DNA from: an uncultured Desulfosarcina sp.
GTDB lineage: Bacteria > Desulfobacterota > Desulfobacteria > Desulfobacterales > Desulfosarcinaceae
Reading direction: 5' to 3'
DNA length: 64,000 bases
Assembly (NCBI GenBank): GCA_963674945.2
Contig: CAXXWQ010000004.1
Location: 2,624,001 to 2,688,000, forward strand
Shown here: positions 9,901 to 20,575 of the stretch, in pieces
Position numbering within the stretch: the first letter of the stretch is position 1
How the letters are laid out: each line of letters starts with the position of its first letter
Made by a program: the position numbers and the translations under genes
The notes under the pieces: model-generated
The model's database searches: none
What the model was told of the DNA's origin: nothing
The model's input: only the letters and a program-made list of their open reading frames with translations

Positions 9901-10602
9901 TTAAAACCGGGTGCTATGCACCCGGTTACAACCGCAACGATTGAAACACGGACGTGTTTTTGACTCTGGAATGTCCTTGGGACGCATGTTGCAAAGACGA
10001 AAGGATAGTCCGTGGCCCAAGATGGCCAGGCTTTCGGCGTCCAGGAAGGCGTCAGCCCGTTTTTCGAACAGGATGGATGCGGCGGCGGGAAAATCCTCGT
10101 CCGCCGCATTGAAAACCAATAATAGCGGCACCTTGGGCAACGGCATGAATCGACGGTGAAGATCGCAGGCAATGGAAAGATTCGTAACGCTGCCGCCCAA
10201 GGCGTCGCAGGCACCTTCAAGGGTGGTAAGATCTCCGGAAAACGCTTTGGCAAGGGGCCGTTCCACGGCATCTTTCCAATATGCGGTCAACGGACCGGCG
10301 GCGGGGAAATCCCGGAAGGCCACCCACTCTTTGTTCTTGGGTACAACCTTCGGGCACATGATCAGGTAGCGACAGATCACGACACAGTCAGAAAAAAGGG
10401 GCCTTCCACCGTTTTCGTCGGAAAGACCGGTGTCCGTCAGCCGGATGGTTCTGCCATGGTAGGGAATCAATACTGAATCGCCGTCGAGACCAATTCCCAA
10501 GGCCGCTTCCTTTCCCGTAAAATCAATGGTCTTCAACTGATCGAGGTAGTAGCGGTAGGTTTGTTCGTACACGGATTGTGTTTCATTCGGCGCCATCGTC
10601 AT
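9901..10602 (-). CDS. DUF3786 family protein
   Basis: WVAFRDFP..GP, PLPKVPLLLVF..DEDFPA.ASILF..LDAESLA pattern. Confidence 0.8.
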   Translation of the reverse strand: MTMAPNETQSVYEQTYRYYLDQLKTIDFTGKEAALGIGLDGDSVLIPYHGRTIRLTDTGLSDENGGRPLFSDCVVICRYLIMCPKVVPKNKEWVAFRDFPAAGPLTAYWKDAVERPLAKAFSGDLTTLEGACDALGGSVTNLSIACDLHRRFMPLPKVPLLLVFNAADEDFPAAASILFEKRADAFLDAESLAILGHGLSFRLCNMRPKDIPESKTRPCFNRCGCNRVHSTRF

Positions 10603-10907
10603 TGCCTTTTCGATACCATGAAGTATTTACGGATGACTTCCAAAGAACGCGTTCATCAATACGAATCAAAAAAGATTGTCTAAAAAGCGTTTCCCATTTC
10701 ATCCATCGGCAAAATAATGGGAAAAAGAGTCTTTTTCGAAATATTGTTCGGCCATCTTTGGTCTGGAAAAGCTTTTTATGGACAATGAAAAAATCCATAC
10801 TTATTTTCCGAATCCTACGGCAGTTGCACGGTTCATTGCAATGGATATTTCGAAACGACCAGGGGCTGCACCCACTGTGCAAGATCGATCAGAAAGTGAA
10901 TCGCGAG

Positions 10908-13817
10908 ATGAAAAATCATCCAAATGGAAACCCGCGTGTATTTAAGGGACACACGCGGAAAAAACGAAACGCAAGGGAGTTGGATACCATCGAGGTGAAG
11001 GGGGCCCGGGAGCATAACCTCAAACAGATCGATGTGAGCCTTCCCAAGAAGAAGCTGATCGTATTCACCGGTGTCTCCGGTTCGGGGAAATCCAGTCTCG
11101 CCTTCGATACGATCTTTGCCGAGGGCCAGCGGCGATACGTGGAGTCGCTTTCGGCATATGCCCGCCAATTCATCGGCCAGATGGAAAAACCCCAATACGA
11201 AACCATCCGGGGACTCTCGCCGACCATCTCCATCGAGCAAAAATCCGCCAGCAAAAACCCGCGCTCCACGGTGGGCACCATCACCGAAATTTACGACTAC
11301 CTGCGTGTCCTCTTCGCCCGTATCGGCCAGCAGACCTGTGTCCACTGCAAAAAGCCGGTGGGAAAGGGGGACGCCCAGAGCATGGTGGCCCGCGTCATGG
11401 AGATGCCGGAAGGCAGCAAAATTCTCATCCTGTCACCGGTAATCGAAAACCGGAAAGGAGAGCACCGGGAGGTGATCGCCCGGCTCCAGCAGCAGGGTTA
11501 CGCAAGGCTTCGGGTCGACGGCGTCGTCCAGGACATCGAGGCGGTCCAGACCCTTGCCCGATACAAGAAACACACCATCGAGGCCGTGGTAGACCGGCTG
11601 AAGGTCACCGGAAACGATGATTTCAGAAAACGGCTCACCGATTCGGTGGAGACGGCGCTGCACCTGGGAGAGGGCCGGATCATCGTACACCGCATGGACC
11701 ATGGGGATATCCCCATGAGCGAGGCGCGTTCGTGCTGCGGCATTGCCTATCCGGAGCTGGACCCGCCCCTTTTTTCCTTCAACTCCCCGCTGGGCATGTG
11801 TCCGGACTGCAACGGCATCGGGGCCAAACTGGCAATGGACGCCGACAAGGTGGTCGCCGACGGAAATTTGTCCATCCGGCATGGGGCGATCATTCCTTGG
11901 CAGGGCCATTTCACCGGCAAGGGCAGACTAAACGGTTCGTGGACGGCGGAGCAATTGCGTGCCATGGAGACCCAGTGGCAAATCGACCTCGATACCCCGT
12001 GGAACCGCCTGCCCAAACGCCAAAGGGATCTGATTCTATACGGCAGCGGCGGTCGGGAACTGACGGTGACCTGGAATGCAGAGAAGATCCAGGGTGCCTA
12101 TACGACATCCTACGAGGGACTGCTCAACACCCTCATGCGTCGGTACAGGCAGACCGAATCGGAAAATGCCAAAAAGTATTACAGCCGTTTTCTCTCCACC
12201 CGGCCCTGCGACACCTGCCATGGGCGGCGGCTCAAACCCGAAGTGCTGGCGGTAACGATTCAAGATCGTTCCATCATCGATGTCACGGACATGACGATCC
12301 GGGAAGCCAGGGACTTTCTGGATGCATTGGAGTTGTCCGGCAATCGTGAGATCATCGCCCGGGAACTGCTCAAGGAGATTACCGGCCGGTTGGGCTTTCT
12401 GGTCAACGTTGGACTGGATTATCTTTCACTGAGCCGAAAGGGCCCCACCCTTTCCGGCGGCGAATCCCAGCGGATCCGTCTGGCTTCCCAGGTGGGGTCG
12501 GAACTCACCGGTGTCCTCTATATCCTGGACGAGCCCTCCATCGGCCTTCACCAGCGGGACAATATCAAACTACTGGACACCTTATGTCACCTGCGGGATA
12601 TCGGCAATACCCTTATCGTCGTGGAGCATGACCGCGAGACAATGCTCTCATCCGACTGGATCTTGGATTTTGGCCCGGGCGCCGGGCACCTGGGGGGAGA
12701 AATCGTGGCCCAGGGAACGCCCAGGCAGATCATGCGCCGCAGGACTTCCCTCACCGGCCGCTATCTCAGCGGCAAAGAGGAGATCGAAACGCCAGTCTCA
12801 CGCCGGACGGTAAAATCTGCCGGCAATCGGTACATTACCATCGTCAGGGCCAATGAGAACAATCTGGACAACCTTACCGCCAAGATTCCTCTCGGCCTGT
12901 TGGTGGCCGTGACCGGCGTGTCCGGTGCCGGTAAGTCCACCCTGATCAACCAGATCCTCTACCCGGCCCTGGCGGCCAGACTCCACGGCAGCCTGCTGGA
13001 AACCGGACGGCACAAGGGGATCAAGGGTCTTTCCCATCTGGACAAGGTGATCAACATCGACCAGAAGGCCATCGGGCGAACGCCCCGCAGCAATCCGGCC
13101 ACCTACACCAAGGTCTTCGATCATATCCGGGATTTCTTCGCCCAGCTGCCCGAATCCAACATGCGCGGGTACAAAAAGGGGCGGTACTCCTTCAATGTCA
13201 AAGGGGGGCGCTGCGAATCCTGCAGTGGAGACGGGTACATCAAAGTGGAGATGCACTTTCTGGCCGATGTGTACGTCCCCTGTGAAACCTGCCGTGGCAA
13301 GCGTTTCAACGATGCCACCTTGGAAATTAGGTACAAGGGGCATTCCATCGCCGATGTGTTGGACCTTTCGGTGGCCCAGGCCAGGGAACTTTTCATCAAC
13401 CACCCGCGAATTCGAAAAATTCTGGACACCCTGATGGATGTGGGGCTCTCCTATATCAAGCTTGGACAGGCGGCCACCACTTTGTCCGGTGGGGAAGCCC
13501 AGCGCATCAAGCTGGCCCGGGAACTTGCCAAACGAGCCACGGGTCGAACCCTCTACATCCTCGACGAACCCACAACGGGTCTTCACTTCCAGGATGTGAA
13601 GATGCTGCTTGCCGTGCTTCATCGTCTTGTGGATGACGGCAATACCGTGGTGGTGATCGAACACAACCTGGATGTGATCAAAACCGCCGACTGGATTATC
13701 GATCTGGGACCCGAGGGGGGAAAGGGGGGCGGCCGGGTCGTGGCCCAGGGGCCACCGGAAAAGGTGGCACGGGTTGAAGAAAGCTATACGGGACGATTCT
13801 TACTGGATTGTATGTAA
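10908..13817 (+). CDS. uvrA: Excinuclease ABC subunit A
   Basis: GAREHNLK, two Walker A motifs (GVSGSGKSS, GVSGAGKST), LSGGE signatures, Zn fingers; start codon uncertain. Confidence 0.97.
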   Translation: MKNHPNGNPRVFKGHTRKKRNARELDTIEVKGAREHNLKQIDVSLPKKKLIVFTGVSGSGKSSLAFDTIFAEGQRRYVESLSAYARQFIGQMEKPQYETIRGLSPTISIEQKSASKNPRSTVGTITEIYDYLRVLFARIGQQTCVHCKKPVGKGDAQSMVARVMEMPEGSKILILSPVIENRKGEHREVIARLQQQGYARLRVDGVVQDIEAVQTLARYKKHTIEAVVDRLKVTGNDDFRKRLTDSVETALHLGEGRIIVHRMDHGDIPMSEARSCCGIAYPELDPPLFSFNSPLGMCPDCNGIGAKLAMDADKVVADGNLSIRHGAIIPWQGHFTGKGRLNGSWTAEQLRAMETQWQIDLDTPWNRLPKRQRDLILYGSGGRELTVTWNAEKIQGAYTTSYEGLLNTLMRRYRQTESENAKKYYSRFLSTRPCDTCHGRRLKPEVLAVTIQDRSIIDVTDMTIREARDFLDALELSGNREIIARELLKEITGRLGFLVNVGLDYLSLSRKGPTLSGGESQRIRLASQVGSELTGVLYILDEPSIGLHQRDNIKLLDTLCHLRDIGNTLIVVEHDRETMLSSDWILDFGPGAGHLGGEIVAQGTPRQIMRRRTSLTGRYLSGKEEIETPVSRRTVKSAGNRYITIVRANENNLDNLTAKIPLGLLVAVTGVSGAGKSTLINQILYPALAARLHGSLLETGRHKGIKGLSHLDKVINIDQKAIGRTPRSNPATYTKVFDHIRDFFAQLPESNMRGYKKGRYSFNVKGGRCESCSGDGYIKVEMHFLADVYVPCETCRGKRFNDATLEIRYKGHSIADVLDLSVAQARELFINHPRIRKILDTLMDVGLSYIKLGQAATTLSGGEAQRIKLARELAKRATGRTLYILDEPTTGLHFQDVKMLLAVLHRLVDDGNTVVVIEHNLDVIKTADWIIDLGPEGGKGGGRVVAQGPPEKVARVEESYTGRFLLDCM

Positions 13818-13824
13818 GCGGCGG

Positions 13825-14907
13825 TTACCTATCCATAAGGGAACTGTGGGTGGCTTCGAAATCCTTTTCGATCTTTTCGAATACTTCGACAATCTTCGGA
13901 TCGAAATGACCACCGGCGCCTTCCAAGATGATGGCCCTGGATGTTTCATGGGAGAACGGTTCCTTGTAAGGCCGCCGGGAACGTAAGGCATCGTATACAT
14001 CCACCAGTGCCATGATCCGGGCGCTCAAAGGGATTTCCTCACCGGCCAGGCCGTCCGGATAACCGGTCCCGTCCCACTTTTCGTGGTGATGTTTGGCAAT
14101 TTCGATTCCCATGTTGACGAATTCATTTTTCGGATTCTGCACCTTCACCGATTCGAGGGTGGCGGCGCCGATGGTGGTGTGGGTTTTCATCAACGCGAAT
14201 TCTTCATCGGTCAATTTTCCCGGTTTCAGCAAGATGGCATCTTTAATTCCCACCTTGCCAAGATCATGAAGCGGACTGGCGTGAAAGATTGTTTTGATGA
14301 ACTCCGGTGAAATTTCATAGGCAAAGTCCTCCGATTGAGACAAAGCGGTCGAGAGCAACCGACATAGATGCTGTACCCGCTCCAGGTGAAGGCCGGTATC
14401 GTCGTCACGGGTGTGGGATAACTTTGCCAATGCGAAAATCATCGCCAATTGGGTCTTGTTGATCTCCTCCACCTGTTGGGAAACACGCTCCTTTAGCCTG
14501 TCATTGAACTGGCGAAGAACATCCTGGACGCTGTTCAACTGAAGATGGATGTCTACTCTTGCGTATACCTCCTCCATCTGAAAGGGTTTGGTGATGTAAT
14601 CCACCCCTCCGCATTTCAATGCTCTCACCTTGTCGTCGGCATCATTCAGGGCGCTGATGAAAATAATGGGAATGTCCTTGAGCTCTCTTCGGGACTTGAA
14701 GGCTTCACACACCTCAAATCCATTCATTTCCGGCATGTTGATGTCCAGCAAGACCAGATCCGGACGCTTTCGCACCGCCGCCGCCAGCGCCATTTTTCCT
14801 TGCGGAAAAGCGGATACGGCGTACCCTTTTCTCTGGAGCATGGAGCTGAGCAGTTGTAGATTCTCGGGAATATCGTCAATGATCATTATGGTCTCTTTGT
14901 TCAACAT
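13825..14907 (-). CDS. Response regulator with HD-GYP phosphodiesterase domain (RpfG-like)
   Basis: N-terminal REC (LLDINMPEMNG); HDLGK and HHEKWDGTGYP..RPYK motifs. Confidence 0.93.
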   Translation of the reverse strand: MLNKETIMIIDDIPENLQLLSSMLQRKGYAVSAFPQGKMALAAAVRKRPDLVLLDINMPEMNGFEVCEAFKSRRELKDIPIIFISALNDADDKVRALKCGGVDYITKPFQMEEVYARVDIHLQLNSVQDVLRQFNDRLKERVSQQVEEINKTQLAMIFALAKLSHTRDDDTGLHLERVQHLCRLLSTALSQSEDFAYEISPEFIKTIFHASPLHDLGKVGIKDAILLKPGKLTDEEFALMKTHTTIGAATLESVKVQNPKNEFVNMGIEIAKHHHEKWDGTGYPDGLAGEEIPLSARIMALVDVYDALRSRRPYKEPFSHETSRAIILEGAGGHFDPKIVEVFEKIEKDFEATHSSLMDR

Positions 14908-17900
14908 CTATATCTCTCCGGTTGCATCGTTTCGGTCATGTGTGGATAGAATGTTCAACAGGGCGGCATAATCAAACTGCAGGGCCAGGTTCTTGAGATG
15001 ATCCGCCAGTTGTCTGTCGATGGCGGTTGCCTCGTCCGCCAATTTCGTAAATTGTGTCATGTCTCCGGACTCCACGGCATTCTGAAGTCGCTGCCGCAAT
15101 GCCTTGGACAGCTGGCATACTTTTTCCATGACCGCCGGCGGATCGGTGTTTTCCCCATCGCATGAATCCGATAGGTCGAAATCTTCATCTTCCATGAAGA
15201 ATCCACGGATTTTGTCTACAATATCCTCGGTCTTGAACGGCTTGGGAACGAAGTCATCGGCACCTGCCGCTTTTGCCTTTTGGCGTATCTCGTCGGCATT
15301 GATACCGGTTGCCGTCACCGTGATAATGTATGCCTCCGGTCCACCGGGCCGCCGACGAATCCGCCGGATCGTTTCATACCCATCCATGCCCGGCAAAAGG
15401 ACATCCATCAGCACCACCTTGGGAGAAAACGTCTCCATTGCCGTCAAGGCGTTCTCGCCACTTTCCACCACCAGCGTTTCAAACCCGTTGCGGTCCAGCA
15501 CCCGCTTCAAAAGGTTGGCACAAACTGCATCGTCTTCCACGATGAGCACCCGTGGCGTTGATGCCGTGTCCCACTGTCGGGTAATGGGAACATTGGCTTC
15601 GTCTTCCGGCCGATCCGCTTTCTTCGCGAGAAAAGTAAAACGGAAAACGGCGCCTTGATCGACGTCGCTCGCAACGAGGCGCAGATCTCCCCCCATGGAA
15701 CGGGCGTAGGCCCTGCTGATGGAGAGGCCCAGCCCGGTACCTTCCGAGGCACGATGGCCGCTTGTGGTCTGCTCGAATGCATGAAACAGGTTGGCCTGCT
15801 CCGCCGGCCCGATGCCACTTCCCGTATCGCGAACATCCATCGTTATGGCCCATGTCCGATTTCTCTCTTCTGTCGCACGGACACCGAGGGTGATGCGCCC
15901 GCCTTGCCCTGTGAACTTTACGGCATTGGATACGAGGTTGATCAGGATCTGACGGATTTTTCCAGGATCTGCAATGATGGGACCGGGTATCTGCCCCACG
16001 GTGTCGATTGTAAAGTGCAGATCCTTTTTCTGGCAGGCCAATTGGAAGATGGCGTAAATATCATCGATCAACCGCTGGAAATTCATGGCTTCGGGCTGGA
16101 CCTTGATATGTCCCGCCTCGATCTTGGACATCTCCAGAATATCGCTGATCAGCTTCAGAAGATGATCCCCGCTGCGGTTGATGGTCATGAGCTGCCGACG
16201 CTGCTCGCTGTTCAGTGAAAGGTCCTGCTGCAACAATTGAGAGTGCCCCAAGATGGCGTTGAGCGGCGTGCGAATCTCATGGCTCATATTGGCCAGAAAG
16301 ACACTCTTGGAGCGATTGGCCGCCTCCGCCTTCCCCGCCAGCTCTTCGGCATGGGCGATGGCGACGGTCAATTTGTCGTTGGCTTGTATCAATGCCTTTT
16401 CGGCAGCGACCCTGCTGCGAATATCGATAATGCATTCCAGCAGTTTTTCATCACCGCGGATGACGATGCGGTTGACTGTCTTGAGAACGGGTATCCGGCT
16501 GCCATCGTGGCAGCACAATATCCGGTCCGAACTGTCTACTCTCTGGTTCAAATCGAGGATGGGGCACGTATTTTCATCGGCAGGACACATGAAACGGTGA
16601 CACCGGTTTCCCGCGATGGCGTCTGCCGGTGCGCCGAACAGATGGGCCGCAGTGGAATTGATCCACTCGATGACACGGGTTTTGGCATTGATGATGATCA
16701 ACCCAACGGGAAGACTCTCCATGAGGGTGCGCTGAATCTGCTCCTTTTCGCCTAATGCTGCCTCCATCCGTTTTCTTTCGGTAATATCGTGAAAAGCCAT
16801 GATGGATCCGACCAGTTCTCCTCGTACGGTAATGGGGCGACTGGCCAACTCCACGATGAGCACCTTACCGGTTTTGTGCAGAAACTGCTCCTCCCCATCG
16901 TAAGGTATACCCCGGCTCGCTTGGCGATAAAGGGGACAATGTGCAAGTTGAAGATGGGCATTGTTTGGGTGGCTGTGTAGTTGCGCATGGGCGTTTTTTC
17001 CGATCAACTCTTTCTCATCATATCCCAGTATCCGAAGGGCCGCCGGATTGATGCGAATGATCGCCCCCTCCTTGTCCATCACGTAGACACCCTCGGCCAA
17101 AGCGTCGTTCATTACTTTCAGATTGTGTTTTTCCCGGCTTAGGGCAAGACTCCGGCGGCGATAGGCCAAAAGAAGGGTTCCGATCATCGCCAGGGCCGAA
17201 GCCGCGGCAACCAGGAAAACGATATACTCCTTACGATAGGTTCCCGTCACCCGATCCGGCGCGTAGGTAACCAGGTAACCGGCCAACTGATCTGCGACGT
17301 CGAAAATGGGCAAAAGGGAAACCACGTATGGTAAACCGGCAACCGAACTGCCAATGGTTATGGCCTCCCCGCGGTCCATGGCATCCTGGACATTTTTGTT
17401 TTTCCTGAGCTTTTGGGTAACGGCCTTTGCATGATCGGATAAGGGCGGAGGACTGTCCGGAAGCAACGCATTGGCGTCTTCAACGATAAATTTGGGATGC
17501 AGATCCGATGTGGAGTAGAGCCATTTTTGCTCGCTGAACACAAATGGTTCGATCAACAATCGATTCATAACAAAAGAGTATTCCCGACGGGGATCCAACT
17601 CCGCCATGGCATCGCGGATGGCCTTGGTCGTCACACTCGCCTCGACGGATCCCAGGTGGTGGCCTTCCCAGAATACAGGGTAGACATAGCGGAAACCGGA
17701 TCGGACCTTACCCGTTTCAAAACCATCGATCGGACGCAACCGGGAGTTGGCGATGCGAACAGTGCGGCGAACCTGCAGCAGGTTGTCGCCGTGTCGGTCC
17801 GGCTTGTGAAAGCGAAGATAACTCGTTCCGTCAGCCAGATGAAAGTGCAATTGCAGCAGATTCTGTCTCTTCATGGCCTGGTATTGGGGAAAGAGACGGC

Positions 17901-18201
17901 GGTAGAGACGTCCTTTGGCAATGGCCCGTTGGTCGCCGTGACCGTTGATGCCTTCGGAAAAAAGCCGAAGGACTTCGGGCTGACAGATGGCGTTGTTGTA
18001 GAACCCCTCCATGGCCAGACGATACATCTGGACGCTGGCGTGATAGGCGGTTTCCAACACTTCCTGGTGCTGGGAAAAGTAGCTGCGCTGCTTGATCATC
18101 CGATTGTGGTGCAAAAGGAAACCCAGGCCGGCGGCAACGAGGGCCAAAACGAGGGCGAGGAAAAGAGCATGCTGGAGTACGCGACCGATGATTCGTTTCA
18201 T
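14908..18201 (-). CDS. Hybrid sensor histidine kinase (TM-Cache-TM-PAS-PAS-HisKA-HATPase-REC)
   Basis: FLANMSHEIRTPLN H-box, NAVKFT, DTGSGI, GTGLGL, C-terminal receiver. Confidence 0.93.
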   Translation of the reverse strand: MKRIIGRVLQHALFLALVLALVAAGLGFLLHHNRMIKQRSYFSQHQEVLETAYHASVQMYRLAMEGFYNNAICQPEVLRLFSEGINGHGDQRAIAKGRLYRRLFPQYQAMKRQNLLQLHFHLADGTSYLRFHKPDRHGDNLLQVRRTVRIANSRLRPIDGFETGKVRSGFRYVYPVFWEGHHLGSVEASVTTKAIRDAMAELDPRREYSFVMNRLLIEPFVFSEQKWLYSTSDLHPKFIVEDANALLPDSPPPLSDHAKAVTQKLRKNKNVQDAMDRGEAITIGSSVAGLPYVVSLLPIFDVADQLAGYLVTYAPDRVTGTYRKEYIVFLVAAASALAMIGTLLLAYRRRSLALSREKHNLKVMNDALAEGVYVMDKEGAIIRINPAALRILGYDEKELIGKNAHAQLHSHPNNAHLQLAHCPLYRQASRGIPYDGEEQFLHKTGKVLIVELASRPITVRGELVGSIMAFHDITERKRMEAALGEKEQIQRTLMESLPVGLIIINAKTRVIEWINSTAAHLFGAPADAIAGNRCHRFMCPADENTCPILDLNQRVDSSDRILCCHDGSRIPVLKTVNRIVIRGDEKLLECIIDIRSRVAAEKALIQANDKLTVAIAHAEELAGKAEAANRSKSVFLANMSHEIRTPLNAILGHSQLLQQDLSLNSEQRRQLMTINRSGDHLLKLISDILEMSKIEAGHIKVQPEAMNFQRLIDDIYAIFQLACQKKDLHFTIDTVGQIPGPIIADPGKIRQILINLVSNAVKFTGQGGRITLGVRATEERNRTWAITMDVRDTGSGIGPAEQANLFHAFEQTTSGHRASEGTGLGLSISRAYARSMGGDLRLVASDVDQGAVFRFTFLAKKADRPEDEANVPITRQWDTASTPRVLIVEDDAVCANLLKRVLDRNGFETLVVESGENALTAMETFSPKVVLMDVLLPGMDGYETIRRIRRRPGGPEAYIITVTATGINADEIRQKAKAAGADDFVPKPFKTEDIVDKIRGFFMEDEDFDLSDSCDGENTDPPAVMEKVCQLSKALRQRLQNAVESGDMTQFTKLADEATAIDRQLADHLKNLALQFDYAALLNILSTHDRNDATGEI

Positions 18202-19050
18202 TTAGAAATTGCTCTTTTCCGGAATCTTTGTATAGCCCAGCAGTTCACGGACCGGACGGTAATCATCGTCCGATGCCGTGACGGCACCGTATCGAATGTT
18301 CTTGCCCCATGATTCCAACTGTGATTTATCCTTGCCATCGGGCTCCAAAATGGTGAGGCAGGACTGGATCTGGAACATGCGCTCCGGTGTCAGGGTCTTG
18401 GCGTTTCCCACCAGGGCGAATGCCGGCAGTGGATCTGTTTCGGCGATGATTCGAAGCCCCATGTGGGCATACTCCCTTGCGATGGCGGACTTGAGTCCGC
18501 CGGCCTCGAATTCTCCCTGGATGATACTCAGGGCTACGGCATCGTGTCTTCCCAGATAGCGGTAGCGATTGGCCTCCAAGTCGCTGCCATGGTTTCGCAT
18601 CAGGCCGCTGACGGACAGGTAACCGCAAGTGGAAAGGGGTTGCGTCAAGGCAATTTTTCTGTTTACGGCAAATTGCATTTCGAATCCGGCATCGGGGAAG
18701 GTCGCCATGGCGCAGGTGTAGCTGGCATTGCCGGATTTTTCCTTGAAATGAACCAATGGTTCGGCATGGGCATACGTGGCGCGCAATTCCACATAGGGAA
18801 GGGGACCGAGATAGGCCAGATCCACTTGCGATCGACGAAATTTATCTAAAAGATCCGAGTAGTTGTCCGAATAGTCGTAGATGATTTGGACATGCAGGTT
18901 CTTTTCCAGATAAACGATCATGGGCTTACACTGCTTGATTATCGTCTCCCGATCCTGCATGGGAAGAGGAGCGAATCGAATGGTTTCGGCATAACCGATG
19001 GAAACGGTGAACCATACGAACAATAGTACCGCAACGCATTTCCATCTCAT
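18202..19050 (-). CDS. PhnD/SsuA/transferrin-family periplasmic substrate-binding protein
   Basis: Signal peptide; DLAYLGPLPYV, STCGYL, LGRHDAVA; GGAGG RBS before MRWK. Confidence 0.85.
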   Translation of the reverse strand: MRWKCVAVLLFVWFTVSIGYAETIRFAPLPMQDRETIIKQCKPMIVYLEKNLHVQIIYDYSDNYSDLLDKFRRSQVDLAYLGPLPYVELRATYAHAEPLVHFKEKSGNASYTCAMATFPDAGFEMQFAVNRKIALTQPLSTCGYLSVSGLMRNHGSDLEANRYRYLGRHDAVALSIIQGEFEAGGLKSAIAREYAHMGLRIIAETDPLPAFALVGNAKTLTPERMFQIQSCLTILEPDGKDKSQLESWGKNIRYGAVTASDDDYRPVRELLGYTKIPEKSNF

Positions 19051-19204
19051 TTGGAACGCCTCCTTTACCGATCGAATTGCACATGCCAACATCAATATCG
19101 GTAATCATATGAGGTCTCTTTAATCAGATCGATTTTTTTGTCAAAGGTACGACCAGATCTCTTTGCAATCTTGTCACACAAAGGGAAAACCAAGCCATAT
19201 AAAG

Positions 19205-19774
19205 ATGTCTGAAAAACGGCTTTCCAACGTCATCGGTTTCGACGACACACCCTTTGATCGAAACCATCGGGGAAGGGTAAATGTCGTGGGTACCGTGTAT
19301 GCAAGTCTTCGCTTCGATGGCGTTCTGATTTCGGAGGTGGAAAAAGATGGGGACGATGCGGCCGCTTCCTTGATCTGTGCTGTTCGTCAATCGAAATTCA
19401 TGGAGCACGCCCAGTTGATCATGCTCCAGGGGATCACCATGGCGGGGTTCAACGTGGTGGATGTCTTCGCCTTGTCCGATGCCCTTTCACTTCCCGTTCT
19501 GGTGGTGGCCCGAAAACAGCCCGATTTCACGGCCATCAAAAAGGCGCTTCTCACCCATTTTGATGGGGGGGAGATGCGATGGCGGATCATCGAAACACTG
19601 GGACCCATGGAACCGGTGGGTGCCGTCCACGTCCAGCGCGTCGGCCTCACGTTACGTCAGGCGCAAAAGACCATCCGGCATTTTTCCCAACACGGCCATA
19701 TCCCCGAACCGCTGCGATCCGCCCATCTGATCGCTGGGGCGCTTTCTTTTGGACAGCGCAGGGGCAATCCATGA
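19205..19774 (+). CDS. DUF99 family protein (endonuclease dU-like)
   Basis: IGFDDTPF, GITMAGFNVVD, IPEPLRSAHLIA. Confidence 0.85.
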   Translation: MSEKRLSNVIGFDDTPFDRNHRGRVNVVGTVYASLRFDGVLISEVEKDGDDAAASLICAVRQSKFMEHAQLIMLQGITMAGFNVVDVFALSDALSLPVLVVARKQPDFTAIKKALLTHFDGGEMRWRIIETLGPMEPVGAVHVQRVGLTLRQAQKTIRHFSQHGHIPEPLRSAHLIAGALSFGQRRGNP

Positions 19775-19850
19775 CCTACGGCATTGCGTCCCGATAAAAT
19801 AGTCCTCTGGGAAAAATAAAAAAAAATGAGGCTATCCAAAGATTGTTACA

Positions 19851-19979
19851 AGAATCCAGGAGTCAGAATTCAGTATCCAGAATCAGGTATTCGCCTTCGG
19901 CTCGATCTATTTTAGGAACCGACAAAGCGAAGGGACATCAATTTCATTCTGGCTCCTGAATTCTGGCTTCTGACTACTG
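19851..19979. repeat. Inverted arrays of CAG-N4 heptamers flanking a ~60-bp core
   Basis: Left arm agaatccaggagtcagaattcagtatccagaat, right arm attctggctcctgaattctggcttctgactactg (approximate reverse complements). Confidence 0.8.
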
Positions 19980-20036
19980 TGGTTCACCACGATCACAATG
20001 CATCCTCTTGCGCTAAGGGGAGACCGAAGATGAACC

Positions 20037-20459
20037 CTACGAATCCTGATTTCTACTGGGCAAGTTTCTCTCACCGGTGATAAACGGCTTTATATCCAGA
20101 ATCGGCGTGCCGTCGATCATATCCATACTTTGGACACGCAGAACATTTTGATTGCGGTCAAGCACGGTCAGGACCGACAGCCCGATCGGGTTCGGACGTC
20201 TGGGAGAACAGATGCTGAACACGCCCATGGCTTGATCACGATGAGGCGGTGTCTGTTTTAACAGATCGGGTGAAAAGGGGGCGCTTTTGTGGAAATGAAA
20301 AAGCACAATGATCTGTTGTCCGACACGGATGTCCGAGAGCCCTTCGGTGTATGCCGGATCAATGACCAGTGTGCCCTCGATATCCGACACCGTCCAGTGG
20401 CGGGGAATGTTCGTTGCATCCGTGTGTGCCGTTCCAATGGGCTGGAGTTTTACCTGCAT
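20037..20459 (-). CDS. tsaA: tRNA m6t6A37 methyltransferase TrmO/TsaA family
   Basis: GVFSICSPRRPNPIGLS, DGTPILDIKP. Confidence 0.9.
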   Translation of the reverse strand: MQVKLQPIGTAHTDATNIPRHWTVSDIEGTLVIDPAYTEGLSDIRVGQQIIVLFHFHKSAPFSPDLLKQTPPHRDQAMGVFSICSPRRPNPIGLSVLTVLDRNQNVLRVQSMDMIDGTPILDIKPFITGERNLPSRNQDS

Positions 20460-20575
20460 CGCTTATCCTTTTTTCTATGATCGAATCACCGGTTCAGGTC
20501 TGGACCCTGTATTCCGCATCATGGGCTTTTGCCCCCACAGCCCTCATTCTTCTACCGGCCTTCCGCCGAAATTCC

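Noticed and set aside
10578..10907. Long N-terminal extension of UvrA in the ORF track
   Set aside because: Overlaps the divergent gene's start, is AT-rich and has no UvrA similarity; the real start is near 10908-10981
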